Translations under genes and position numbers: made by a program | Notes under the pieces: generated by a model | What the model was told of the DNA's origin: nothing | Seen by the model: the letters and a program-made list of their open reading frames with translations, nothing else | Databases searched by the model: none | Shown: positions 25,713 to 38,100 of the stretch, one piece after another | How the letters are laid out: the number at the start of each line of letters is the position of its first letter | Numbering within the stretch: the stretch's first letter is position 1 | Source of the DNA: Auanema rhodensis | Taxonomy: Eukaryota; Animalia; Nematoda | Assembly: GCA_964057225.1 (NCBI GenBank) | Contig: OZ059897.1 | Span: 9,858,001 to 9,922,000 of the forward strand | Direction of reading: 5' to 3' | Length of the DNA: 64,000 nucleotides

Positions 25713-26013
25713 TTTGATTTGTACACAATCTGGTTACAATTGGAATATTAGAGCCAGCGGAAGTTATTACATAGGCGTAATAGCTTCCAAAGCATTTCGA
25801 ACAACAATAATGCTTCATTTACTAGATTGAGATATATACTTTCACACACTTTATTCATGAAAATAGGATAAGAATGTTAACAAGTTGAAAAAAAAAGGAA
25901 TTAGATTATACCTCGTGCAAGCATGATATTAATGCTCGTATATATACACCTTTTTACATTTTCATAAAAAATTATACAAATATCCAAATTAGCAAACAAT
26001 TATTACATTTTGT

Positions 26014-28475
26014 TTAATCTGCGTATAATGTCATGTCTCCTAACTTCAAATATCGACATATATGATTGGGGAGTTTATCTTGACTTAGAGAGAGTTGGAA
26101 AAATATTGCTTCAGCAGCTGTTAGAACTTCATCTAGATCTAAATGCATCGTTAAATCATTAACATGCTGAAACGTAAATCATTATGAAAAATAATAAAAT
26201 TTTGCTAATGTGAACCTTTAATATTTCCGTGAGACCGAACTTATTGTCGATAATTGTGTCAGTTTCCTTATCCAATATAGCTACACATACGAGTAGAAGG
26301 AAGTTAGGGCAGGGTTGATCAGTCAATATGACTTCCCATAGCTTAGTTGTATCATGAAAACTGAATTCTCTCTTGAACCACACGATAACCCATCGGAAAC
26401 AGAAGTACATATCATCTGATTGATTACTTTCTAAAAGGTTAAAGATAAAATTGACAGTATACAACTCCTATTACCTAAGTAATTAGCTAATCGTGGGTTT
26501 ACAAGCATGACTAGATCTCGAAGTTCGTTCATTTGTTGTTTTGTATAAGTTTGTTCAATTTCAAAATTACGATGCTGAAAAGAAATTAATAAAAATAAAT
26601 AGTTTAAGAAACATACTATTCTCTTCATAAGATTTACAAAACACCAGAAAGCATCAATTTCATCATCCATTATATACAAAATTTGAGAAGCAAAGTCACT
26701 CATTCCTTGCACATAGCCTGAAAATCATGATATACATATTTCCATTAATATTTAGATATAACAAACCGAGATCAAAATCATACATAACATAAGTCATCAA
26801 TAAACTTTGCAACTTGACTAAGTTCTTGTTACCAGGTCCCTGATAAAACTCGAGGGTTCTGTCAGTTCTAGCAACATCTTTTTCTAAACGCGAAGCATAC
26901 AACTTTGAATGCGAGAAAAATCTATCTTACCAATCAAACCTTTCCTCTTACTGAAGCTCCCAAAACGGGACTCCTGATCGTCATTTATTGTCAACCATTG
27001 CGATCTCATTCGTTCATAATCTTTCTGCATTTTGATGCGTTTCTAAGATAAGTTCATATTTAAAATAATAAAGAGAAAAGGAATACTTGTTCAAACGCTG
27101 CATCTGATTCATCCCATGTTCGATATCCTAACAGATACTTCCAGGCAACTTTTCTGATATCCGGATGAAGCCCACCTCGGAAAATATTCATTTTTAAATG
27201 ATGAACCTTTTGAATCTCAATGGAACCATCGGACGATTTAAAACTTGTAAAGAAATCCTGAACAATCAAAAAATAAAACAAAAGATAAGTAAAAATGTGT
27301 ACTTTTGTGACAGCTTCGACTCGGTATATTTCAGGCCTTGGTGGCAGCTCTAACTGTGTTACAACTTCAAACTCCGTGTCTGTGTGAACTCTGAAACGAC
27401 AATTGTTCGAAATGATAAAACGGAAAATAACAACCTCAAATCAGAACCCTCTTCTTCACGATTTCTCAATTCTCTCATTGTTCGAATTTGCTCTTCTTGG
27501 CTAATTTCATCAGATTCCAGTAAAGCAGGAATAACTTGGTCTTGCATAAAAGAAGTGATTTTACCGAGACCTGTTAAGGCAGTAGCATAAGGGTTATTAA
27601 TAAATCTCTGAAAATCATAATAATGAAAAAATTAATTGTGAAATAATCAAATTACCGAAAGAATATCATCATTCCCATCCAACATAGTAACACTCTTTGC
27701 TAAAGCTTCTGCTTTTTCATCAACTACTATAAACAAATTAGAATCGTGAGAAGAGCGTCGTAGAGAAACATATCTAAACAACACGTCAGCATAAGTGTTC
27801 TACAAATCACCGTATCCTAATCACAGTATACCTACCTTTCAAGTGTTTCGATGAATGACAGATGAGAAATAGTTCGGAAATACAAAGCCATTGGACTAGA
27901 GCCATCGCTGCAAATGAATCGAATGGATGGGTAGCCCAAACCTTAACAAGTTGAATTAATTTAAATACTTTCAGCAAGTCGGTACCTTTCTTTTTCGGTT
28001 CAAACAATCGATATGAACTTAAGTCATTAACATCAATCGAAAATTTGAGTTTGTTAATAATATCTCTTGACTGTAAATGTTAATAATGAAAAAAATAAAA
28101 ACAAAGGTGTTCCTTACGCTAGTACTTTCATTCGATATACTATGATTAGCAATGTTTTCATCCGAACCTCCCGCCAATACCCAACCTGATGACTCATTCC
28201 CATCTTCGATTGGAATCCATTCAATAAATATACCAACAGGCTTAAAAATTATTCCATATAATTAAGAAATATTCAAAAAAATTACTCTTTCAATTAAACT
28301 GAGAATACCAGGAAGCAACTCTTGTGCGTCTTCGATTGGTTTAACACACACATCGAACACTTGTAGAACAATCTAAATTATTGTGATAAATATATTTGTT
28401 GAAAATGTATAATACATTATCTGGGATAATTGGTTTGCTAAGATTTGAAGTTAAGGAGCCAAGAGCAGCATCCAT
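26014..28475 (-). CDS. tbc-15: TBC1D15/17-like Rab GAP
   Basis: IFRGGLHPDIRKVAWKYLLGY, IEKDVARTDR (arginine finger), YDFDLGYVQGMSD (glutamine finger), YFCFRWVIVWFKREF and FGLTEILKHVNDL. Confidence 0.9.
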
Positions 28476-28599
28476 TTCTTTTCTATTTTGTATTTTTTTA
28501 TGTTGAGCGTATCTATATACGGCGTACGGTATCATAAACTGTAACATTTCAGTTAAATGAAATAAACATATTATGCACATTAAGAAATTATGAAAAAAA

Positions 28600-28830
28600 G
28601 TTTTAGAAGTCCGGCACATCCAAGTAAAACAAGATATAAATAAGATTGAAACAGGCGAACGCCATGAAGCTGACAAGCGTAACACTGACTAAACACACGA
28701 AATAATTAATGACGTCATTGTCACGAGAACGCCTTGCCGTGCCCCGTGAAACATGTACGCATCCAATACCATCTTTCTTTGCCACACGTCCCATTGCGAC
28801 CTCTTGTATGTACCGTTTGTTCGTTTTTAA
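28600..28830. promoter_or_regulatory. Divergent promoter between tbc-15 and fars-3, with a perfect CRE palindrome AATGACGTCATT (28708-28719)
   Basis: Locally GC-richer segment between head-to-head genes; the 12-bp palindrome contains TGACGTCA. Confidence 0.45.
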
Positions 28831-28960
28831 CGTTATATTTCTACTTTACTATTATGCAATTATGCCAGTGCATTACAAAACTGGATTTTTTTAAAAATTT
28901 GCTTTTATAATGCTTATAAATAAAATATTAAATTAGAAATCTTCTAGGTAACATTTAAGA

Positions 28961-31494
28961 ATGCCGACAGTTGGGATCAAAAAAGTTGTTCTTGATAAGC
29001 ATTTCAAGAAAGTGTACAGTAGGCATTTGTAGTTCAATGCTAGTAGTGTAATTTTTTTCAGCTGAGAAGGAATTCGATGAGTTATGCTTTGAATATGGCT
29101 TAGAATTAGACGAAATTGTTAGTTTACATATATATGCATAAATTGTCATATGGTTATTTAGACCTCGGAGAAGGCTGCCCTTGAAAAAGAACGTCAATTA
29201 GGTGAAGGTGAAGCTGCTACTCTTTCTGATCTTGAAGTTTATAAGATTGATATTCCGGCCAATCGTTATGACTTGTTATGTGTTGAGGGGCTATCTCGAG
29301 CGATCAGAGTTTTTAAGAAAGAGTATGTCATAATTTACATAATAAGTTTGATGTAAAGGCTTTAATAGGATCAATCAACCAGAATACAAGGTAATTAAGC
29401 CACAAGGAGCTATGGAAATTATTAAAGTGAAGAAAGAGGTATTTTAATTCTTTGTCCCAATATATGGCAATCAATTTATAGACTGCTGCAGTCAGACCTA
29501 TTGTTGTCGGAGCTGTTTTGCGTAACGTTCAATTTGATGCTGATAACTATGCATCCTTCATTGATCTACAGGTTTTTTCTTTTTGTATGCCCATTAGCTA
29601 TAATCTGGATTATTCAGGATAAGCTTCATCAGAATATCTGTCGCAAACGTACTCTAGTTGCCATCGGAACACATGACCTTGATACTATTCAAGGTTTGAA
29701 ATTGACTGTATAATTTTTAATCTACGTATACTATTAGGCCCTTTTGAATATCGCGCTGAGCTTCCAAAAGACATTAAATTCAAACCATTGAATCAAACTA
29801 AAGAATTCACTGCTGAAGAGTTGATGGTTCATTATGCGGTTTGATTTTTCTACATAGTCTGTGTTCATGTTATGCTTCTAGACGGATAGTCATCTTAAAG
29901 CATATTTGCCAATTATTCAAAACTTTGAAAGATATCCAGTAATTTATGACAGCAATGGAGTTGTTTGTTCATTGCCTCCAATCATTAATGGTACCTATCG
30001 CTAATCTTCGTTTTTTAAGTTCTTATTCAGGTGAGCACTCGAAGATCACTTTAAATACCAAAAATGTATTGATTGAGTGTACTGCAACTGATCTAACTAA
30101 GGTAATTCATTTTTTTGAGAAAAGTCAATTTTGGTTCTGTTATAGGCTAATGTTGTTTTGGATACAATGGTGAGCTTATTCAGTCAGTACTGTGCTCAGC
30201 CTTTCACGTAAGAAATATGCAGTCATAAATTTAGCTATACATTTATTATGTTTAGTGCTGAAGCCGTACAAATAATTTACGAGGAAGACGGACGAGAGGA
30301 AGTTTATCCAGTATGTATAATGTCTAATTTCCTTGATTTATTTTCTCATTTTAGAAACTTTCTTATCGTGATGTCACGGTGAAAACTCCCACAATTAATA
30401 CCAAAATTGGTTTTTCATTGGATGAAACAACCATGGCTGATTTGTTAACCAGAATGTCATTGACAGCAACTGTCGTAGGAAAAGAAACCCTAAAAGTAAA
30501 AATTCCACCAACTCGTCATGATATCCTCCACGAGTGTGATATTGCTGAAGATGTCGGTGTAGCTTACGGCTTTAATAATTTGGTTACCCGACTTCCAGAG
30601 GTATTCTATTTTTTTAATAGTTTTATGAAATTACTTTTTCAGTCCAATACCGTCGCTGAAGCTTTCCCTATTAACAAGTTAGCTGAGCTCTTACGTCATG
30701 AGGTAGCTATGGCAGGCTGGACCGAAGCTCTCAGTTTTGCATTATGCAGCAAGTAAGTAATATGATTCTGTTGCTTAATAAAATCATGTTCTTGTAGGGA
30801 AGATATTTCTATTCGGCTACGTAAACCTGATGCTCTTGACGCCGCCGTTCACATCTCTAACCCAAAAACTCAGGAATTCCAAGTATAATTTACAAGGCTT
30901 TGATTTTGAATATAATTTCATGATTTAGGTTGCCCGCACTTCTTTAATTCCAGGTTTATTGAAAACACTTTCTTCCAACAGAGATATGCCCCTTCCTTTG
31001 AAGCTGTTCGAGTTGCAAGATGTTATTTTGGCAGACGCCAGTACTGGTAGCATTTTCCCTGTAATACATATATTGCTAATATAATATAATAGATGTTGGT
31101 GCCCGAAATGAGAGAAGGTTAGCAGCTGTATATTATAACAAATCTGCTGGTTTTGAAGTTGTTCATGGCTTCCTTGATCGGTGAGCTCTTATTTCCTTTT
31201 CTATGTTAAAAATGTCTCTGTTTCAAGTCTTATGAGACTTCTCGATGTGGAACCTGGAAAGAATGAGAAGGGTTACTATATTGTTGCTGAAGACGGTGAG
31301 TGATAGCAAAGTGTAGACTTGTATGAATTTGCATTAAAGATGCTACATTCTTCCCTGGACGGTGTGCTGCTATTTATGGACCTAATAATGTTAGAATTGG
31401 ACATCTTGGATCGCTTCACCCAGAAGTGATTACAGGCTTTGGACTCACTATGCCATGTTGTGCAATTGAAATCAATATTGAACCCTTTGTTTAA
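28961..31494 (+). CDS. fars-3: Phenylalanyl-tRNA synthetase beta subunit (cytosolic)
   Basis: MPTVGIKK...[72 protein letters not shown] and EINIEPFV*. Confidence 0.95.
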
Positions 31495-31645
31495 GCTGTT
31501 TGTTTTTGCAGCTTCTTGTTTTCTGTTTTTTTTAATAAAGTTTTATTTTTTGATTAATTGAAAGAAACAATTGTAAAAACGATTAATATTTAAATCTTAG
31601 CTATACATTTTGTTTTATTAATGTTTATTTACAATTTAGGTTAGG

Positions 31646-32340
31646 ATGTTATCGGACTGTTTGTTGATAATTGGAATAGCTTTTTGTACAGCGTTAGCTG
31701 GAGAAGGGTTAACATATCTGTTAGTTTACAGATCTGAAGAATACAAAAGACTAACGGTTAGTAGACCATTGTTTGATAGTTTACTTTTACTGAAAAGTTG
31801 TAGGCTGAAATGGAACGAAAAACAAAGCGATTAGAGAAAAAAAAGCAAGAAGCTGATGTTTCGGATAAGAATACCAAAAAACGCTTGGAAAGAGATGAAG
31901 AGCGTCTAAAGGTGTAATTCACATAATATACTTTGTAATGATAATTTTTCAGGCTACCAATAGAGATATGTCAATGTTCAAGATGAAGTCAATGTTTGCT
32001 ATTGGTTTAGCTTTTACTGCCCTCTTATCTACTTTCAACTCTATTTTTGATGGACGTGTTGTCGCTAAGCTTCCATTCACTCCTATTTCGTTTATCCAGG
32101 GGCTTTCACATAGAAACTTGGTATATATTTTTTTTCCTTAAAATACTCATCTCTGCTTTTCAGGTGGGAGATGATCTCACTGACTGTTCATTCATTTTCT
32201 TATATATTCTCTGCACTATGACCATCCGTCAAAACCTTCAAAAATTCCTTGGTTTCGCACCATCTAGAGCAATGAATAGACAACAAGCTTCTTCTTGGGG
32301 AGCTGGATCGGCTCAGCCTCAATTTAACTATCTCCGTTAA
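31646..32340 (+). CDS. TMCO1: TMCO1 (ER membrane insertase / Ca2+ load-activated channel)
   Basis: MLSDCLLIIGIAFCTALAGEGLTYLLVYRSEEYKRL, NRDMSMFKMKSMFAIG, FDGRVVAKLPF and TDCSFIFLYILCTMTIRQNLQKFLGFAPSRA. Confidence 0.95.
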
Positions 32341-32531
32341 ATAACTCCTTAATATTTATGGTTTTTAGTATTATTTCTTAATTATTTTTTTTGACGTTTG
32401 TGATTAGGCTAAAAAATCCTATTACAGGTAAAGTCAAATAAATGTTGGAATTGTTAATTTCTTTTAAAAATATATTGAAAACATTGTGATCAACAACCGA
32501 AAAAAAAATATTCGACAGAAACAACAAAACA

Positions 32532-33389
32532 TCAACCGTGGTAAGCGAAAAAAGCACTTGGATGAATGTGAAAACCATAAAGCCTGAAAGAAAAAAAATC
32601 ATAATAGCTCGAACTGATATGACACTTACCTAGGTGTAAAACGTATTGGCGGCTTTTTTCTTCGTAGGTGGGGATGCACCATAAGGAGCATCTGGGCGAA
32701 GGAAGATCCAAAATATGCTCCGTCTACTGTCCTGTGCCGGGATTGCTTTGGTTGATAAACTTCTTCGCAATTCGGACAGAAAACTTTAACCTGAAAAAGA
32801 AATAAACTAATAAATTAGAAGGTTCTACAGTTTTCGGTTCAATTATAACACACATAAGATCACCGTATCTAATCCTGTCTCGTCGTGTCTTCCAGTAGGG
32901 ATAACTGGAGTATCAAAGCAATATACTCTAGGGCATGTTCCAAAATCTTTGTTCCCCGCCTTCTCCAACATCTTCCGCAAACCACTTAAAATATTCTATG
33001 AACAAGGTAGCTACATTGCATCCTTACTTAGTTGTTAAAATATATCTCGCGTGGATGAGTCCATAAAGCATTTCAGCACTTTTTTCAATATCGTCCGAGC
33101 CCGTACTATCGGAGTCTGAATGCACATGGGAAAGATGGTTTTATGATAACTCAGTCATACCAGAATCGTCATCCATTATTTTTCTCCAAGCAGCTTTAAA
33201 ACAAGGAACTACGTCATTTAAGCCAGTTAAATTGAACTGATCTGCTATGTACTCATCATCAACCTGAATAAAGTAAAGAACGCATTAGCCAATAAATTGA
33301 AAAATACCTACCAATGCAAAAAATTCATTTCCCACCGTTTTACAGAAGAACTCAGCCCATGTCAGACTAGAGCCAGAACTACTAGACAT
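32532..33389 (-). CDS. Casein kinase II regulatory (beta) subunit, divergent paralogue
   Basis: MSSSSGSSLTWAEFFCKTVGNEFFALVDDEYIADQFNLTGL, SAEMLYGLIHARYILT, DFGTCPRVYC...VKVFCPNCEEVY (Zn ribbon), DGAYFGSSF and RLYGFHIHPSAFFAYHG*. Confidence 0.9.
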
Positions 33390-35198
33390 GTCTTTGTTTA
33401 CTTTTATAGGAATATTTCGAATATTAGATTTTCATTAAACCTTTCTTAGAAGTATGCTTCAAGGTAATGAAATTGCAAGGGCTTGTAAATGAAAATTAAT
33501 ATTGACGGATCCGTACAGGACCAAATCAAATTTCATATAAGTTTAACAAAAATCTATGGTAAAGAATGCAGCATGAACTTTCAGTTTTAATCGTATTGGA
33601 GCGATATAAAATGGCTGTGGGTCGCCATATTCAACGCCTTTGGTTTAGTTAGGGATATGATATAAGTTGCAAACTTAATACTAAAACTATAATATTTTCA
33701 TGTCAAGGGAAATAAAAAATATTTTTTCATGTATTCTCGTCCCTAAATTACTTATTTTATTTTTATTTTACACCGTTAGCAATGATGAATTATAAAACTC
33801 ATAAAGAAACAGTCAAAAGTTACAACAATTTAATATTCTATTTAAAATAGCCCATAAGAATACCTAGCCTAGAGAAGTCTAATGAATGCGGATTTCATTT
33901 ATTTAACGGTGTAAATTTTAATTGGGAATTTGTTTCATAAACGCCTGTTGCTGCATTGAACTTTGTGACTCATCTAGATTGATGATAATCATTAAAAAAA
34001 TCTGCTAGGATAGACAACTATTTTAATCCAACAAAAGTTCATAAGTGGGACTAATATGAAGCTGCAAGAAAACAATGATATTGAAATAGTACAGTAAACT
34101 TTCAATGAATTTTAACATTATAAAAATAATCAAGACTAATCATTAAATCTTGAAGTCATACTATTCCACTCATACTATTCATATAATTCTATAACATATA
34201 TCGATTTATTATTTTGTGTCGTTTTATTAAGCTAGTTAGAAAAATCTTAAATGACCTATGACCAGATAAGACTTTTTTTAGGTCAAAGAGATATTGATAC
34301 TACATTGCCCACAGACGTATAACATACCTCAAAGAGTACTGGCCATCTGTTCACAATTCGATGTTCTCACAAAATGGTCATTCTATTATCCCCAAGCTCA
34401 GATAGATATATAGATATATATCTTTACATATTTTTATTTTTGTGATCATAATATATTTTATTATTACTATATAAACTATTTTAAACAAAATCTTTTCGCG
34501 CTCGTTTGTACCTTGTCTAGAGATCGGTTGGTAGAGCGTTTGTTTTGCCAACATAAATTATAACTATAACTTTTTCATTTTGTATATGATTATATTCAAA
34601 ATATATTACAAGATTAGCGTTATTCATAAGATTATGTAACATTGAAGCTGTGGTTACTGTAGTTATCGTAGTTTAGAGCTTCATTTTTTACAGCTCAACT
34701 ATTGCCTTTCCCTCTTTAAGTTTCAGTCATTGTTGAAGTTTTCTGATATGAAAGCACTTTCTTTGAACGAATTTCGGATCGTTGTCTTCTATCAAAACTT
34801 TTTCATCGACATCTGGCAAGGGTTGAAAAAAGACCAAAGCGCGAAGAGGCACAGCTGCTCTCATAAAGAAATCGGATGTGGTTGGGGTATAGTATGAAAG
34901 AGAATGGTAGACATAGAGAAAAGACGATAGAGAAGGAATATCAATCTGCAGAAAGAAGGGAGAAAATGCAGAGAAGAAGATAAAAAGAGTTTTGCGAAAA
35001 TTTCATTCTTTTTCTGGCACCAAATGGCCAGAATGTTCCTTTGTTTTACAATTTTTAATCCAATTGATTTGACTCATTCTTGCTTTTCTATTTTTAAACG
35101 ATGTGCTGACATAATGATGATCTTTATACTAATATTTGATTATTTTTCAATATATTAATTCAATTTTTCTTGTTGTAGAGTTACAAAACACAGTGAGG

Positions 35199-38100
35199 AT
35201 GGTGCGTGACTGGCTGCTGCCGCTGCTGGTTGCCCTGTCCACCTGTGGAGCACATGTACTGACTCCAAGTCAGATCACAATCTCTCACAGAAAACCCATT
35301 GAAGCTACTTCTACATGTGGAGAGCTTAATGGACAACCCATTAGAGAAGTTTTCTGTACATTAGCAGGTTAGTTACCCGTAGAAGTCATGTCATAGAGTA
35401 TGTTTTTTAGGATCCAATCAATATACCCCATTTTCTCAATACTCATACAAGGATGATCAAATGTCAGATAATGATATTATTCAGGAGATGCGAAATCCTC
35501 GAGAAGCCATGTTTTTGGTAAAATATTTTGTTTTGTTTTTGCAAGAAGTATATTCATTGTTTCTGTAGGGTGGACACGGATGTGCTCACTGCGAAGCTAA
35601 TACTCGAGATTCTCATCCTGCCAAAAATATGGTTGACGGAAATACAAGTTGGTGGCAATCACCACCGTTGAGTCGTGGAATGCAATATAACGAAGTCAAT
35701 ATCACAATTGATTTGGAACAAGAGTTTCATGTTGCTTACGTCTGGATTCAAATGGCTAATTCACCTAAGCCAAGCACCTGGATCTTAGAACGTTCTACTG
35801 ATTTCGGTAAATCTTTCAAGCCATGGTATTACTTTGCTGTCAACCCTGCTGAGTGTATGAGAGTATGTTTCACATAGTTGGTAATGTCTGAGTTCTGTGA
35901 TTTCAGCGTTTTGGACCTGAATCTCTGGCTCCAATAGTTACAGATGATGATGTAATCTGCAGATCAGATTTATCAAGCATTCAACCATTGGAAAACGCTG
36001 AAGTTTGACATTAATCTTTAATAATTTACATATTTATGTTTCAAGATGGTAATTAACCTATTAGAACACCGACCTTCCCGATACTCTTTCGCTACATCTG
36101 AAGCTTTACAAAACTTCACTCGGGCTACTAATGTGCGTCTTCGCTTACTTGGAACAAGAACTCTCCAGGGACATCTTATGGATTTAAATGAAAAGAGAGA
36201 TCCTACTGTTACCCGTAGAGTATGTTATGATGCCTTGTATCTCTTATAAGCGTTGAGTTGCAGTATTTCTATGCCATCAAAGAAGTTCTTATGGGAGGAC
36301 GATGCGTTTGTAACGGTCACGCTGCTACTTGTGATATTCTTGATGCTACTCGACCAAGAGCTCTTCTTTGCCGATGTGAACATAACACTTGCGGTGATAT
36401 GTGCGAGAAATGTTGCGATGGCTTCGTACAGAAGAAGTGGCAACCAACTACAGCTCACAATAACTTTACATGCGAACGTAAACTATTCAACTCGTTTTCT
36501 AACAAAATGTTTGATTTTCAGCATGTAACTGTTTCGGAAGATCCAACAAATGTGTTTATGACGAAGAATTAGATCTTCAGAAAAAATCATTAGATATTTA
36601 CGGAGAATATGAAGGAGGAGGACGTTGCTTAGACTGTCGCGATTATACAACTGGAATTAACTGTAACGAATGTGTTGAAGGGTTCTATAGACCAAATGGA
36701 GCCCAATGGTCAGATACCATGCCTTGCAAACGTATTATATACACATGACTAACGTTTCTTTTATAATGATCTTTCAGCTTGCAATTGTGATCCTTCTAAA
36801 CACACAGGATCTTGCTCTGAAGGAGATGGTAAATGCGAATGTCAAGCTCGATTTGAAGGAGAAAACTGTGACAGATGCGCCAAGGTAAAAGCATTTCTTT
36901 CCATCATATATCTTAATTTTTACTTTTTAGGGATATTATGATCCACCAGAGTGTAAGAAGTGTGAATGTGCTGTTGAAGGAACAGAGAATGACATATGCT
37001 TAGTAAGAAAATAATTTTTGTTCCTCTCATATTGCTCAAATTTTCAGCCTGTCGATGGTCAATGCCCTTGTAAAGGTGGCTATGGAGGCACCTTCTGTGA
37101 GACTTGTGCTCCAGGATTCACCAACTTTACAGCTGGATGTACCGGTATATCTAGCCTTTTTTTCTATTTTGAATTAAAAAATCTGTTGCTTAGGATGTGT
37201 CTGTAATGAAGTTGGATCTGAGCATTCCAATTGTTCAACGGAAACTGGTCAGTGTGTCTGTAAGACTGCTTTCAGCGGTTTGGCTTGTGATCAATGTCAG
37301 CTTGGTTATTACGGATTTCCTGAATGCACATGTAATTACATATTGATTTGTGTTTCTTATATATAGTTTTGATTCAGACTGTAATTGCGATCCCGTTGGA
37401 ACAGAGGATGGACGATGTGATCAAGAAACTGGTCAATGTCTTTGTAAGGAAGGATACATGGGTGGAAGATGTGATAAGTGTGAAGACGGCTACTTTGGTT
37501 ATCCTAACTGTCAACGTATGGGAAATATACTTATGAAGACTGTATATGTTGTTATTTTAGCTTGTGAATGCGATGCAGCTGGTTCAAGCACACCTGTTTG
37601 TGATAGTGCAAGCGGTCAATGTCTCTGCTACGGCAACTTCACTTCTCGAACTTGCGATAAGTGTGCTCCAGGATTTTATGATTATCCTAACTGCAAGGTT
37701 TGTTGTGTATGCTGTTTACCTGACAGAATATTTGCATTTATAGACTTGCTCTTGTCTTATCGAAGGTGCTAAAGGTCAAAGTTGTGATAACGAAGGTAAA
37801 TGTTATTGCAAAGGAAATTTCGAAGGAGAACGTTGTGATAAATGTAAGCCAAACTTCTACAATTTCCCAGCTTGTGAGGAATGTAACTGTAACCCAGCTG
37901 GAGTCACTTTAGATTTTGCTGGTTGTGATAAGGTATGCTTGATGCTTATATGGCAATTAACAGAGTATAATACTTCAGGTTGCTCCAGGAGAGCTTTGCT
38001 CCTGTAGAGAAAATGTTATTGGACGTATTTGTGATCAATGTAAGCCAAAATATTGGGATCTTCAATATTCTCATGAACAAGGATGTATTGATTGTGGATG

